From positions 31,558,001 through 31,622,000 of the forward strand of contig CM060733.1 of assembly GCA_030704615.1 (NCBI GenBank): a stretch of DNA of 64,000 nt, given 5' to 3'. A program made the position numbers and the translations under genes. The notes under the pieces were generated by a model. That model saw only the letters and a program-made list of their open reading frames with translations. It was not told where the DNA came from and ran no database searches. This DNA is from Takakia lepidozioides (lineage: Eukaryota > Plantae > Bryophyta). Position 1 is the stretch's first letter, and every line of letters begins with the position of its first letter. Positions 37,886 to 51,313 of this stretch are shown here, in pieces.

Positions 37886-40800
37886 ATGGAGAAATATCTG
37901 TGCGTTCGATACCACCTGAAACCGGGGTCGGTTTTTTTGGAGGAGGAAAGGAAGGACTCAAACGGCCTTGTTGTCGAGAGTATTGTTGTGCTCCACGATG
38001 ATTTCGGCGATGGCAGGGAATGGCGAGTTCCACCATCGGACAGCGTCATATACAGGGCTGTTGGGGACTTCATTTGCCCCGCCAAATGCACCGTCTATCC
38101 TGGCGCCTTCCACGAAACAATCCGCGAATCAGAGAGTGGGTACCTCAAAGAGAGAAGTCCGCAACGAAGTAAATCCAGAGCCGAACCCATCCATGAAGAC
38201 GACCGAGAACCGGGTTGTTCACAACCTGTCCGACTCAGACGAGGTCATGGAAGTTCCGAGTTGTCCTGGAGATCAGGCAAGTCCTCAATGGACGTCAGTG
38301 GAGGGGAGTCATATTCCCAGCACGAGCACCGCAGTTCGATCTATTCTAGAAATTCTGCGAGGGCTTCACCTGGAGGGACACCGGTCGGAGCTGGCCGGGC
38401 TGGACTACAGCAAGTTCGCAATTAAATCGGTTACATGCCTTCCCGCCGACGTCGACGGTAATATCTTCTTTGAGTTCCCTCCTCGGGCGGACTACTCGAG
38501 GGCGTCCGGAATGTTGACAGATATGGATAGAAAACATGACGGTCATCCTTGTGCGTTACCAAAACCACCAGCATGAAGATGCTTGATGGTGTGCGGGTGC
38601 GCTACGTTGTTTGTGCGGGCGCGTTGCGGTGTTTCTCCCCAACTTGCTTCCACTTTAAATCCAGAGGTCACAGGAACGAGACCGATTGGACAGGCACAGC
38701 TCACCAACCATTTCGAGCTCAGGAGAAGGTTCCGAACTCCGCATTTAAGTGTGCGCATTGCAAAGAACCACCACACTGCATGTCTGTTTGTAATGCCAAG
38801 CAGTTCTATGTGTTGCACCGTTTCCCTGACCTCACCCGAGCTTGCATACACGTTGGTTCCCATTGTCACAAATTGGCGAGGGGGAACTCGCGGGAGGCTG
38901 CCCACGAAGCAGAGCAGCTCGTTCAGGAGGAGGTTAAGTTGAGACCGGTGCCAAACCCAAACAGATACAGCTCCAAGCCGCCCATAAGATGGCATTGGCC
39001 AGAATTATGTCGGAAGACGGCTCCGATAGAGTTCCTCTCGACGAGAAGGAAATGGAGGCATTGCTGGAGTTGGTGTCCCACGTATGTTCACCGAATGTCC
39101 GAAACCACATTGTCTCATGCAAACAGAAAATTGGGCGTGGCTCGGATATGCACTCCATTCTGGAGGTGAAGCGACGATGTGGATATGACTACATTCATGG
39201 AGTAGGTTTCCAGGACAAGGGACTGAGGCAGATCGTTGTTTCGTATTCAAAATGTCCACGTGTGGACCTGGCAGTGGCGTCGAACTGGTCGACAGGATGA
39301 CGAGTGGGAACTTGTCAAACGTTGGGTCATGTTCGACCATATCAAGCGAATTACAAATCACCAGTGGGTGACAATGGGTGCACATGTCTACGACACCCAC
39401 TGCAGGATGCTAATGACAATTGCTATTTGTGAGATGAAAGAGAGGACACACAATCGGAGATGCTTCTTTGGCAGGGAATAAACGAACAGATGGCCAAGGC
39501 GGGATTGCCCCCTCCCAATTTCCGTGGTTTCATGGCGGACAACGCACAAGCAAATTGGGCTGCCATCCGAAGGGTGTACGGGCAAGACCCCAATGTTCCC
39601 ATGGAAGGCAAGGAGAGATCTTGTGGGTTCCATTTTCTGCAGAGCCTTTCGCAGTACACAACCAGGCTCGTGGCGCCAGATTTCAGAGAGGAGCACCGTT
39701 CCATGTGCCTTGCGTGGAAGCGCGCTCCCACCTTGGATGATGCAGAGACACAGTTTTGCATGCATACGGGCTTGGTGGACATCGTCAGGTGCTGTAAGGA
39801 AATCAGACGAAGGAGCAATGGTCAGTTGGCTAGCATGGTGGCATTATCGTTTCCTCCAGTTCGGCGACTATATGCGGGAGGTGAGTTGCACGAATTCGCG
39901 TCCCGTTGGATATTATTCTTGGCCATATTCGTAACTTGCTTGTAACCTGAACATGTGCTTGTGCAGGAAATGTGTCTCGACTCCGACACCAACATGCCCA
40001 CGACAACATGGCCGAATCAGTGCACTCTTCCTGGCGTGCCTCCTCTGCGGCGCATCTGGTGGACATCCTCACTGCCACAACGGAGGACATTGTGAGGTCA
40101 ATTATGCAGCAATGCAGGTACAACGAGTTCTTGAAAGGGAAACAGTGGGGCTTGGGGCCGGACAGGCAGGAAATGCTGATGCGGACTGCCTCCAGATCGA
40201 AGATCCTCGGAAGTGAGCGGCAGCCTTGCGAGAGGGCCTTCGGGACACGCCATTGCTGCGAAGAGGCCAACATTTGGAAGGAGATGTTCATACCCGTCCC
40301 GTGAGACGAAGACTTGACGAGGCACCTGGCGGAGAAGAGGATTCATGGCGAGCTGACAAGAATATTCGCACGCTCCCTCGTGGTCCGGTGATGTTGTCCG
40401 AGGAGGTCTCGTCGAGCACCGGAAGTCCTGCACGTTCAAGATCGCCACCTCCTTTGAGCACAGGGCGCGTGCCCCGGCAACATAACGAGCCATCTGTTGT
40501 AAAGCAATACAACATTCCCATTGTGGAGACAAGAGTGTCGGAGTCACAGTGGAGAATTGCGAGGACATTGCCGGCATTTCGAGGGAAGTGTTGCGCCATC
40601 CGGGTGGATACGAGAGCACGCTGTGGTGAGATGATTCGGAGGAACCCACACGGTGCTGTACCTGTACCTTGTTTCAGCGGCAGATTTTTGACTCCCACAT
40701 TTGCTCACGCCCAACGCAGACATTTTGGTTCTGTAGGCACGACATAATGACCTGTGTATTTGGCAAGCCCAAGTACGGGGATTCAGGGAATGCCGGAGCC

Positions 40801-41385
40801 TCCGGGCGTCTGGCCTGTTGCACCGGGTTTGCAGCCTCTCTCAAATGAGGCGGATGCTCTATCTGCAGCAGGATTTCGAATGGTGCAACGCACAGACATC
40901 CCGGCCCACGCATTTCCGGTTCCTCAGACCCAGCCATTTGCAGACTGCTCGGTCCAGTAGAGACGGATTGGACCATTCTGCACATCCCACAATGCGATTC
41001 GGAAGAGTGAAGAGAACGACACCCTCCCAACAAGTTGAATGAGACTCGGATTGCCAATGCTCTTGGGATGGCTTGCACTATTCAGAGCTCCGTGGACGTA
41101 CCCCCACCCGGCCTTGGGCGTGTGTATCGGATGGCAACGGCCGGCTCGGCTGTACGCGACGATGTATACACAATTACGATTGGAGTGGAGCCGACTTGCA
41201 ACTGTACGGACTTCTCGTTGATGGAAGCAAAGAAGGGTTCGAAGTATTATCCGTGCAAGCATCTGTATTACATTTACCTGAAGAGGTTGAGGATGAACGT
41301 GACTATTGATGACTTTATTCATGCACCGGCGTTGAGCGTGAACGAGCTGCACAAACTCCTCCTTAGGGATTCCAGAAATCATTGA
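37886..41385 (+). CDS. Mutator-like DDE transposase with an N-terminal Cys/His (WRKY/GCM-like) zinc domain and a C-terminal SWIM finger (frameshifted)
   Basis: D1 WVMFDHIK (39335), D2 FMADNAQANW (39538), CGFH (CxxH), E in T.NMAESVH (40014), and SWIM CNCTDF..PCKHLYY. An intron lies at ~39881-39966. Confidence 0.85.
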
Positions 41386-41417
41386 TGGGGCAAACGGAAT
41401 CCTCCATATGGATATTT

Positions 41418-41917
41418 NNNNNNNNNNNNNNNNNNNNNNNNNNNNNNNNNNNNNNNNNNNNNNNNNNNNNNNNNNNNNNNNNNNNNNNNNNNNNNNNNNN
41501 NNNNNNNNNNNNNNNNNNNNNNNNNNNNNNNNNNNNNNNNNNNNNNNNNNNNNNNNNNNNNNNNNNNNNNNNNNNNNNNNNNNNNNNNNNNNNNNNNNNN
41601 NNNNNNNNNNNNNNNNNNNNNNNNNNNNNNNNNNNNNNNNNNNNNNNNNNNNNNNNNNNNNNNNNNNNNNNNNNNNNNNNNNNNNNNNNNNNNNNNNNNN
41701 NNNNNNNNNNNNNNNNNNNNNNNNNNNNNNNNNNNNNNNNNNNNNNNNNNNNNNNNNNNNNNNNNNNNNNNNNNNNNNNNNNNNNNNNNNNNNNNNNNNN
41801 NNNNNNNNNNNNNNNNNNNNNNNNNNNNNNNNNNNNNNNNNNNNNNNNNNNNNNNNNNNNNNNNNNNNNNNNNNNNNNNNNNNNNNNNNNNNNNNNNNNN
41901 NNNNNNNNNNNNNNNNN
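41418..41917. other. Assembly gap (500 N)
   Basis: Run of N. Confidence 1.
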
Positions 41918-42018
41918 CGGGCTCCCGGGATCATCATCTTTTGGGCCGTTCCGCTTTCGCTTCGGCTTGCCCGACCCCATGATGAGGCCAATCCCAAGGA
42001 CCGCGTACTGAACTCTAA

Positions 42019-42030
42019 GCTCTGATACCA
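42019..42030 (-). other. Primer-binding site complementary to tRNA-iMet
   Basis: Minus strand reads TGGTATCAGAGC, 2 nt from the LTR end. Confidence 0.95.
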
Positions 42031-42032
42031 AA

Positions 42033-42774
42033 TGTCGCGCACCCTCACTCCGTTAAGCTCCCCTTCAAGTCATAGTTACTCGCTTTGATGCGCGCGCCCT
42101 GACTCCCAACCTGCCCGCCCGGGCCCAACTTGGAGCTTCGGCTCTCACCTTCCCATAACGGTCCCCCCTTCGCTTCCTTCTAAACCCTCCACCTCTTTGG
42201 GACAGGAGAATCCCCTTTGGTAGAATGGCAGTCCGGAACAGCTCCCCACTCTTTGGTCGCTTTTCCGGCTCGCTCGCTTACTCAGTATTTTGGTCACCAA
42301 CGGGCTTGCACCGTTCTCGGGGTTACTACTCCCTATATATCTTCTGTAGCTGTCCGCGGGGGTTCCCACAACAGCCATGCATTTTATGGCGAACCACCAC
42401 GAAAACCCTCGACTCCCGGTGGTGAGTCGCGGTGAGTCTTGGCCCGCTCACCACGGCCCCTATGGACCGTGATGAGTCCAAGACTCCCCCACGACTCCCA
42501 CCACGAGGTCTCCGCCCCCATGGTGAGTCCTATGCCACCCCCTAAGTCCCACTAGCTACCACCACCCCTTGTGGAGCCAACCCCACCGCTTGTGGAGCCA
42601 CCCCCACCGCAACCCGTGTGCGGGGCTCCACCTAGTGAGCGCCTCCGCTTCCCTGAGTGCCTTGGGCACTCAAGGTGCCTCAGCCCCCCCATACCTATCG
42701 CTGTCGCTGCCCCCACCACAGGGGCAGCCCCTGATGTGTCCCGACCCCCTGCCCTCAAGGCAAAGGCCGCGACA
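42033..42774 (-). mobile_element. 5' LTR of a Met-primed LTR retrotransposon (element C), inserted in element A
   Basis: TGTCGCG...CGCGACA termini with an adjacent PBS. Host sequence resumes GTCCT in the family-1 extra ORF. Confidence 0.9.
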
Positions 42775-44539
42775 GTCCTGCTTCCAGTAACAGCAGTTCT
42801 CTGTGCTGCTGTGCCCCTTCCTGCACAAAAACTTGGGAAACATTATCATGCGGATTCCGTGAAGCTAGTGGATCCGCCACTACAGTCTTTCCCCGCCTCT
42901 GTCTCTTATTCTCGGGTTTGCCCAGCCAGTCCACCCTCACTGTGTGAAGAGCCTTGCTCTTCCATTGCAGTGGTTTCTGGCTCAAACACTCTCATCTCCT
43001 TTCTTTCTCGCGCATCAAGTATGCCAGAATCAAGAATTATTTGAGCAATGATTGGGCCAGACACTATGATAGGAACTTTGAGGCAGTACCCTGTAATCTT
43101 TTCATCTCCTCTACAGTGCGTTGTACATTATGTCCGCCCATTCTACCTCTTCCCTCCTCAGGGCTTTGAGTATTTCTTTTCTTTCTATGAAGGATCTGCT
43201 CAAATACTGTTGGTTCTGTTTCATGGCAAACAGAACGTTCAATACCTGGCCTACCTCCCTTAGCCCTGGGTACACGGCCTTGGTACAAGCAATACCTTGA
43301 GTTTTTAAAGAAACTCCCTTCTTGGAATAAGTCCCCTATTTGCAGTCTTGCCCTGTGCTCCTCCACATGCACCTGCCTTTGGCAATCGAAACAATTGTTG
43401 TAGGTATAGGGGAGTAATTACTAATTCAACTCCCTTCACCGTTTTGCTCCTGTCCTTGGCTCAAAGTTCTGCAAGAATTGTAACATGTACTGTCTATGGT
43501 GCAATGTCCAATCTTTGCTTTGCAATCCTTGCAATCGCAGCTCCTTCAGTAACTGTACCGCCTGTGGAGTAGCAATCGTTTGTTTCTGCAGGATTGTGGT
43601 GCTCTTCACCCTGATTTCCTCCATTCCTCTCACTCTCTTCATTCTAGACCCGCAGAAATGTTTTGGCTGTAACAATTGAAGAAATGCATGCAGGGCACAA
43701 AGCATAAACGTATGGTTGCCACAAAAAGCTATGGGTAATTTCTTGTAAGCCTTGAGGGCTTGCAAGCATCGCTCAAGAGAAAAGATCCGCTCTGTTCTTT
43801 CGTCCCTATGCCATTGCGTAAGTAATATTGCGAGCGTATAGTCTGTTAGTTCCTCCATAGCTTCAAAGCTATAGCATTGATGGTTTGTCCCGTCGAGACG
43901 CCCATTACTCATAACGACGCCGACTCTTGCGCTTAATTTCCCTCCAATTTCTTGATCCCTTCTCTGGCTTTCTATTGGCTGTAACCGCTGTGACTGGATT
44001 TTAGATTTCATTTTCTTTAGTGGACTTTCCCTGCTGGACTGTCCACTAGGATTACACATGTGACAAGAATTTCGCTTTTCTGTACTTGCCGTTTGTTCTG
44101 TTGCCCCATTTCTGTATTCATTAATGGGCCCGCCATTCATCCAATTTGACGCGCTGATTAGGTATTTTGACGGCCATTCTTGTCCTCTTTCTTGATGACA
44201 TCCGTTCTTGCACTTCCTTCTCTCAGCTGTGTGTTGCGCCCTGACTTCTTCACGTGTCCCTTCTAAACTGGCTTCCGTCCTTTCTTCCGCGCGGCCTTTC
44301 ATCACTGAAGTTATCATGCGTCCACCTGTCACTGATTCTATGGATTGTGTAACCCTAGTAGGCTGTGTTAAGCTGTGACAGGCTGTGTCATATTGCGGTA
44401 TGCCGTGATAGGCTGTGATGCACTGTGGTAAGCTGTGATAGGCTGTGTCACGTCGTGATGGGCTGTGATAGGCTGTGTCTCGTCGTGATGGGCTGTGATA
44501 GGCTGTGTTCGCCTTGATGGGCTGTGATATGCTGTGTCT

Positions 44540-47500
44540 CTCCGTGATGGGCTGTGATAGGCTGTGTCACACACTTGTTCTGCCCGCCCTGGTCATATAT
44601 GCTCGGCCTAGCGACAAGTGCTCCATACTCCGTTGGTAACATTGGCGCAGCCCGTGACTGCTTTTGCGTTTCAACATGCAAATCATGCTGTAATGGTTTG
44701 TCATGGATACCACTGTATCCCTTCAACTTATTAGCATTGACTCTTCCCAGCATCTCTTTGTTAATGGTTTGTAACATGGCGATGTTGTTATCATACATCT
44801 TTTGTATGACATAAGGTCATTTCCATGGTGATTTAAGCTTAGAAGCTTTAATCTTTTTTCTTCTTCTGCAACCATAGAACCAAATCTCCCGTCTTAAATC
44901 TTTAACTTGCCTTCATCAAACTGTTCCTTTCTCTTCATCTGAATTCTGGTCATATTATCAGCTGCATCAGCACGTACTTCTTCCACATGGTATAATTCAT
45001 GTTTCCTGACCTTAATGGAATCTTGCAATTCCATTCTCTTTCCCCATTCCGTTCTCATGGTAGGTAACAGGAATTCCACTGGAAGTAAGGCTTCCTTACC
45101 ATAAACTAATTGGAATGGTGTATACTTAGTGGTGACTTTATATGAAGTTTTGTATGACCACAAAGCTGTCAGCAGCTTTGTATCCCAATCCGTTCTGTTT
45201 GCATTGACTATCTTAGCCAAGATAGTACATAGTATTTTGTTGGTAGCCTCTGCCTGCCCATTACCCTGTGGGTAAATACGTTGTACTCTTCCTATGCACA
45301 GTCATGAACTCTTTAGTCAATAATTCAATGGTCTCATTAATGAAGTGACTTCCCTGATCACTGATAAATTCCATGGGACAGCCAAATCGTGTAATTATAT
45401 TATCATACAGGAACCTTGTTGTGGACTTGGCTGTGTTGTCCCTCAAAGTTTTAGCTTCCACCCACTTCGTAGTATAATCAGTGGCTGTAATTATTTACCT
45501 ATTCCGTTATTCTTCTTGGCTGGTGGGTTTATCGGTCTAACAAAGTCTAGTCCCCATTTCTGAAATGGTTCTGTAGGCATTGTAGGATGCAAGGCCATCC
45601 TTCCCGATCTCTGCAAAGGTCCTAGCCTCTGATATTCATCACAATTCTGACAATACTTGTGTACATCTTAACAAGTAGGCCACCAGTAACCTGCGAGTAG
45701 TATCTTCCTACTGGTAGTCTCTTCTCCAAAATGACCTCCAGCCACTCCTTTATGAACTTCCTCCAAAACTTTTATTTACTTCATGGTGGTACAAGCATCG
45801 TTTTAGTACTCCATCAGGTCCTAGCTTATACATTCTGCTTCCTACCATAGTATAAGGTAAAGCTTGATAGCGATTCTCTTCCTCTTCTCCTTACCATAAC
45901 TAGGTGGGCATTGACCATGAGTAAGGTAGTATTGATTGGCCACTGCCAATCTAACCATCATCTGTACTTCCTTGCACCTCCATTACAAACAGACTCGCAT
46001 CAGGTAACTGATCGTCTACTCCTGTGGCGGCCTCTCCTGTTGTTAGTCGTGACAAATGATCTGCCACAAGATGCAACCCGGCAGGCTTGTAAACAACTTC
46101 GAACTCAAACTCATGCAAGATTATTAACCACCTCGCTATCTTCCACTTATCAAAGGTTTGTTCACCAGTATATCAGAGCCTGGTGATCCACATAAAACAT
46201 AAACTTTCTTCCCAATAGGTAATGCCTGAATTTCTTGACTGCATAAATCATTGCCAGTGCTTCTCTTTCTTGTGCTATAGTTCCTTTCAGCACTGTTCAT
46301 CAACCTGCTAGCATAGTACACAGGTGAATCTTATTTTCTGTAACATTCTGGGCTAACACCGCTCCCAACGCTTCTCCTGATGCATCACAGTGAACATGAA
46401 ATACTACATGCCAGTGAGGGTTAATCAGCACAGGTGTAGTTGTTACTGACAGTGTAAGTTCCTCAAAAGCCTGTTGACATTCAGCTGTCCATGCAAACAC
46501 TGCATCTTCTTCAGAGCTTTGCTCAATGGTGCTGCTATTTGTGCATACCTTTTGACAAATCTTTTGTAATAACTGGTTTGCCAGGAATCTCCTTAAACTC
46601 TTAACATTCACTGGTGGTGGAGAGGCTTTAATGGCCTCTGTCTTCCTGGGATCCACAAGAAGTCCCCTCTTACACACAATGTGTCCCGAAGCACCCCTGA
46701 GTTCACACAGAAAGTACACTTCTCTGGATTCAGGCCCAGACCTCTCATCCTGCATCTGGCCAGACATAACTCCAATTTATGCAAGTGCTCATTCTTAGAG
46801 CTGTACACACTGAAATCATCCAAGAACCATGCATGAAATCATCCAGATACTCATGAAAAGATTCACTTATCACTCTCTGAAAGGTCGCTGGTGCATTACA
46901 AAGTCCAAAGGGCATGACTTTGTATGCATAAGCACCCCAGTCTGTGATAAAAGCTGTCTTTCCTTGGTCTTCTTCTGCCACTTGCACTTGATTATACCAC
47001 TGAAGCCATCCATGAATGAGTACATCTCATGGCCTGCCACAGTGTCTAATACTTGCTTCTGTGAATGAAAAGGGAAAGATCTTTCTTCGTACAAGCATTC
47101 AGCTTCTTGTAGTTCACACAAACTCTTAGTTTACCATTCTTCTTGGGAACTATCACAATGGGTGACAACCAAGTTGTATACTCTATTGGGTATATAAACT
47201 TAGCCTCAGCCAACTTCTTGATCTCTTTCTCCAACCTTCTGTGCGTAGTTGGGATTCATTCTGTACCTCGCCTGCTTGATTGGTACTGACCCTGGTTCCA
47301 GTTCAATTTTATGCTGACAGACTTCAGGTGGTATCCCTTTTAGATCCTCATAGCTCCAAGCAAATACATCTCTGTATTTGATGAACAAGCTCTTAGCTTC
47401 TTCAAAGAATTCTGGCTCCAAATCAGCTCCTACTTTCACACCATCCTGGGTTCCTCTTTAGTTCCCACATTCACTTCCCTCACCTGCTCATCAGCTGTGA

Positions 47501-50340
47501 TTGTCCAACCAGTCACCACTTCATCCTGTAAGCTCACAGTGGCTGGTTCCTCTAGATTTCCATTTCTCCTTCTTTTCTTCATAGAAATGTGATGGGTAAC
47601 TGCTGGTTTCCTCTTCAATCGGTGTTGTTGACACTACACACACAGCAGATACCCCTTAAACAACTTAGGCCTTCCAGCCGCATCTCTGCAACCTGCTCCC
47701 TCTGGGTGTGCAGCAAAGGTAGCTTCCTGCTCCTCATCCAGTCCTCCTCTCCAGTCATACTCTCTAACTCCTCGAGGTCTTCTCGTAGCAGGTAATCTAC
47801 TAGATTTCTTTGTGGTAATTTGTATCTCGTGTATCCCATTATGCACGTTAGTAACTGAGAATTCCAGTCATGGAATACCCTGGCCTGTTTCAGCCACGGA
47901 CGTCCCAATAATAGGAGTAAGCCTCCATGACTTCATCCATCTTCAACACAGTTACTGTGATCATAAAGATCATCTTCTGTATCTGTATCTTAACTCCTCT
48001 TATTAATCCCAATGGCTGTACACTTCTTTGATCTGCCATTGTTACTGTAAATGGGGCTGGTTTCATGTTACTTAGACCAAGCTTCTTTCTTAATTGGTCT
48101 GTCATGATATTTACTCTTGAACCTCCATCTATCAGTACATCAGTTAGTTCTATGCTTCCAATTCTCAATTGGATTACTGGCATAGAATCATCAAAGTCCA
48201 TGACTGTTTCTCGCCCTTCCGGCTTCACATTATAACTGGTCACCTTGCTGTTCAGGTCTGTGTTTCCTGTCTCCTGGGCAATTCGATTGATTGCTTGATA
48301 CAGCCTGTGCCTACAATAAGGTGCCACAGTCAATAGCTGTCCAATGGTAATCTTTGCTTTGGTCTGGCATATTACTTTAGCCAAAGTCTCTTCATTACTT
48401 TGCATGTCTGCATCTTCTTTCTTCTTTTCATCCTCACTCACTTCTTCTTCTCCATCAGAATCAGAGGAATCTGCCACAGGAATATCAGTACTCTTCTGCA
48501 TTTCCCTTATGGTATCTGCCACTCCTTGTGCAGTTCCTTCTCATCTCTCCAAGCCTCATCATCTTCAGGCATATCACTGCCACCTTCATTATCAGCCTCT
48601 TCCTCAACTACTGGAGGTATTAGTTTGGCTTTGCTTCTTGTTACTATCATTGTACTTACTTCTGGTACAACACATGGCCTAACCATGTGAGCTGCCACCA
48701 CTGGGCCCTCATTCACAGGAGCTCTCATCTCATTCTGGTGTCTAATCCAGAATGAACAGGCTGCCTTGCGATGTCCTGGTTGATTACAATAGTAACATAG
48801 TTCTTCACCATTGGTCCTCCTCGCCCTTGGTCTGCTCTTGGATTATTTCTGTAATCCTGATTCCCGGGCTGGTAATTCCCCCTTGCATTACCCTGATAGT
48901 TGCCTCTGGAATTTCCTTGGTAATTCCCTCTTGAATTACCTCTCCCTTCCATGCCATTGTTATAACCACCAGACCTACCATAGTGGTCCTGATCATTGTT
49001 TCTTCTTGGCTGGGGCTGCACCTGATACACCCTTACTTGCCTAGGTTCTCTTGCAGCTGTCCTTCTATTGTAGTAACAATTCTCAGTAGAATGGTTATCC
49101 ATTTTACAGATAGTACAGTGTTTCTCCTTCATGTGGCATTCTGTGGTGGTATGGCCTTCATTCTGGCACTTTGCACACCATACACCCTTCCTCCAATGTG
49201 TTGCAGCCTCTGTGGCATACTTCTTCAAGATTTCTTCCAATCTTTTCTCATAGTTATCCCTCTTCAACTTCTCCTTTCTCTTACTCTTCCTTTTTAGTTC
49301 TTGCTCTTCTTCTTCATCTGACTCATCCTCAAGTCCTCATCATCCTCTTTCTCTCTCCTGAGCATTCCCAATTGCTCAATTCTATTTGCAGTTTCAAATG
49401 CCTCCTCCACTACATTATGGGGTAACATATCCACTTTCTTTGCAACTCTGGTCTTAGTCCACTCACAAATCATGTCTTCTGTAAACCTGGTGCTGGTATA
49501 CTGCAGCCAGCTTTTTCATCATCAATTCCATCTTTTCCATATACTCCTCAACAGTTTCATGCTTCTTTGCTTTAACTGTTGTAAACTTCCATACACTTCA
49601 TCCTCAGTTTTACTTGTCCTGAACCTATTTCGGAATGCTGTATTCAAGCCATTCCAGGTTAGGAAATGATTATCAGGGAATCTTGCATACCATTCACTTG
49701 CTTTCTTGATAAGTGAACAAGGAAACAATCTCATCTTGGCATCATCGCCATTCTCATTGTTCACTATACACATGTGCTCAAATGGCTAATGTGTACATCG
49801 GGTATCCCCTTTTCCTGAATATATTGGAAAAGGTGGTTTTGCCCGTGTTGGTTGTAACGCCATCTGTGGCCCTACCTTCTGCCCACTGACAGGTGCTGGC
49901 ACCCTTGCTGGTGCTGGTCCTTCTGGACCTGTTGTTTGTTGTGGTGGATCTTCCACCAAGTTGGGCCCTTGAGCACTCCCTGCTTCCCTGCTTCTGGCCC
50001 CACGATATTCACAGTATTCCCAGCTTCAATTGCACTACTTCCCACACTCCCTGTCCCCCCAGAGCCAGATCAGGCAGCCCGCTGATCCCCCTGAGCCGAC
50101 ACCTTCGTTGGCCTGTGATCCAAGTGCTCCACTTGATCCAGGTCCAACGGGTTGGGATGTCCTGGTTGTAGTCTCAACCTCACCTCAGCTGTTGGGTCTA
50201 CTTCTTTCTTCATATTCTTCCTCTTCCAATTTCTTCTCTCTATTCATCCTCCAAGTTCTGCCCTTGGGTTCTTCTTCACTCATGTAACTCAACTGCAATG
50301 GTGTTGGAGAGTCTGAACTCTCCGTTGGCTCTGCCATATC
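44540..50340 (-). pseudogene. gag-pol of element A (many single-base frameshifts)
   Basis: The ORF fragments are colinear with the more intact pol of element B. Confidence 0.92.
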
Positions 50341-50349
50341 CTCTCTCTC

Positions 50350-51290
50350 CTTCTTCACCTTCCGCTTCAGAAACTGGAGTTCCTGCTTTTGTGTTCCATG
50401 CCAACTCTTATCAAAGATTTCTGTCAAATCTTTTATCCAGGGATGTACCTCAGATCTTTCACCTCGTGATTTGATCTTCTTCCCGTACCAATTCCCTTAA
50501 TCTTTCTTGCAAAGAAACAGAAGGAGTGGCATCCAACTCTAGTTCTTCCGGTATGGTGATGTACTCTCTGATCTTAATGGTGTGAGAGGTCCGATGATTC
50601 CCCTATGTCTTTCCTCCTCCCAAAGATATGGATAATTAGCTTTCAGATAGCTTTCTCTTTTTGCTGAATATCTCTGGCGTCTAGCTTCTCTTTCATCACT
50701 CATGTCCCATGTCTTTCATTTCTTTTTAATGTGGTAATAACCAAACTCTCTTCTGTAATATCTCTCGTATATGCCTGGGTTTCTTTCAAGCTTCAATGCA
50801 CCCTTGGCTATACTTGAAGTCTCCGTTCCATATAAACCATATGGCAAACAAGTCTGGAAAGCTGTTCTTGTGTGAGTTTGATCCACAAAATATCCTTTGG
50901 AATCCAATTCTTTACCAGTACAAGCTCTTCATGCATATGAGTATAAACATTCACCTTTCTTTCCTCCCAGCCTTCAAACTCTACTCCCTTAATGGATAGC
51001 AATGCTATCACATAAACCAATGTTGGTAACCAACGTGCTCTTCCTCTACAGGCCACCTGATAAATCTTTATCACTCCTTTCTCCTCCAGACCCACTCAGG
51101 GTCAGCATCATGCACTCTCTTAAGAATGTTTTCTTTACAACCGTTCTGGCAATTCCAAAACCTATGGAAGAATCGTTGGGACAATCTTTCCTTCTTAGTT
51201 TCACAAGGAATTTGATTCACATCCAATTCTTTAATTTTCCAACCACCATGATCCCACCAGATGTCTGTCACATCTGGTTGTTCATGACCC
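50350..51290 (-). pseudogene. Extra ORF between the PBS and gag (unknown function)
   Basis: Consecutive frameshifted ORFs 51071-51271, 50808-51095 and 50716-50907 have protein-like composition and start just after the PBS. Confidence 0.5.
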
Positions 51291-51294
51291 AGTT

Positions 51295-51311
51295 CCCCAG
51301 TATGGTCGCCA
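51295..51311 (-). other. Primer-binding site, probably tRNA-Arg
   Basis: Minus strand reads TGGCGACCATACTGGGG, 2 nt from the LTR. It resembles the complement of plant tRNA-Arg 3' ends (..GTCGCCA). Confidence 0.75.
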
Positions 51312-51313
51312 AA

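Larger units (their letters stand above)
28104..41417. mobile_element. Large Mutator-like DNA transposon (copy 2, >13 kb; right end lost in the gap)
   Basis: Left terminus GGGGGCTGCTATTTCATG is shared with 8427. A divergent cargo gene and DDE transposase share the same palindromic repeat. Confidence 0.72.
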
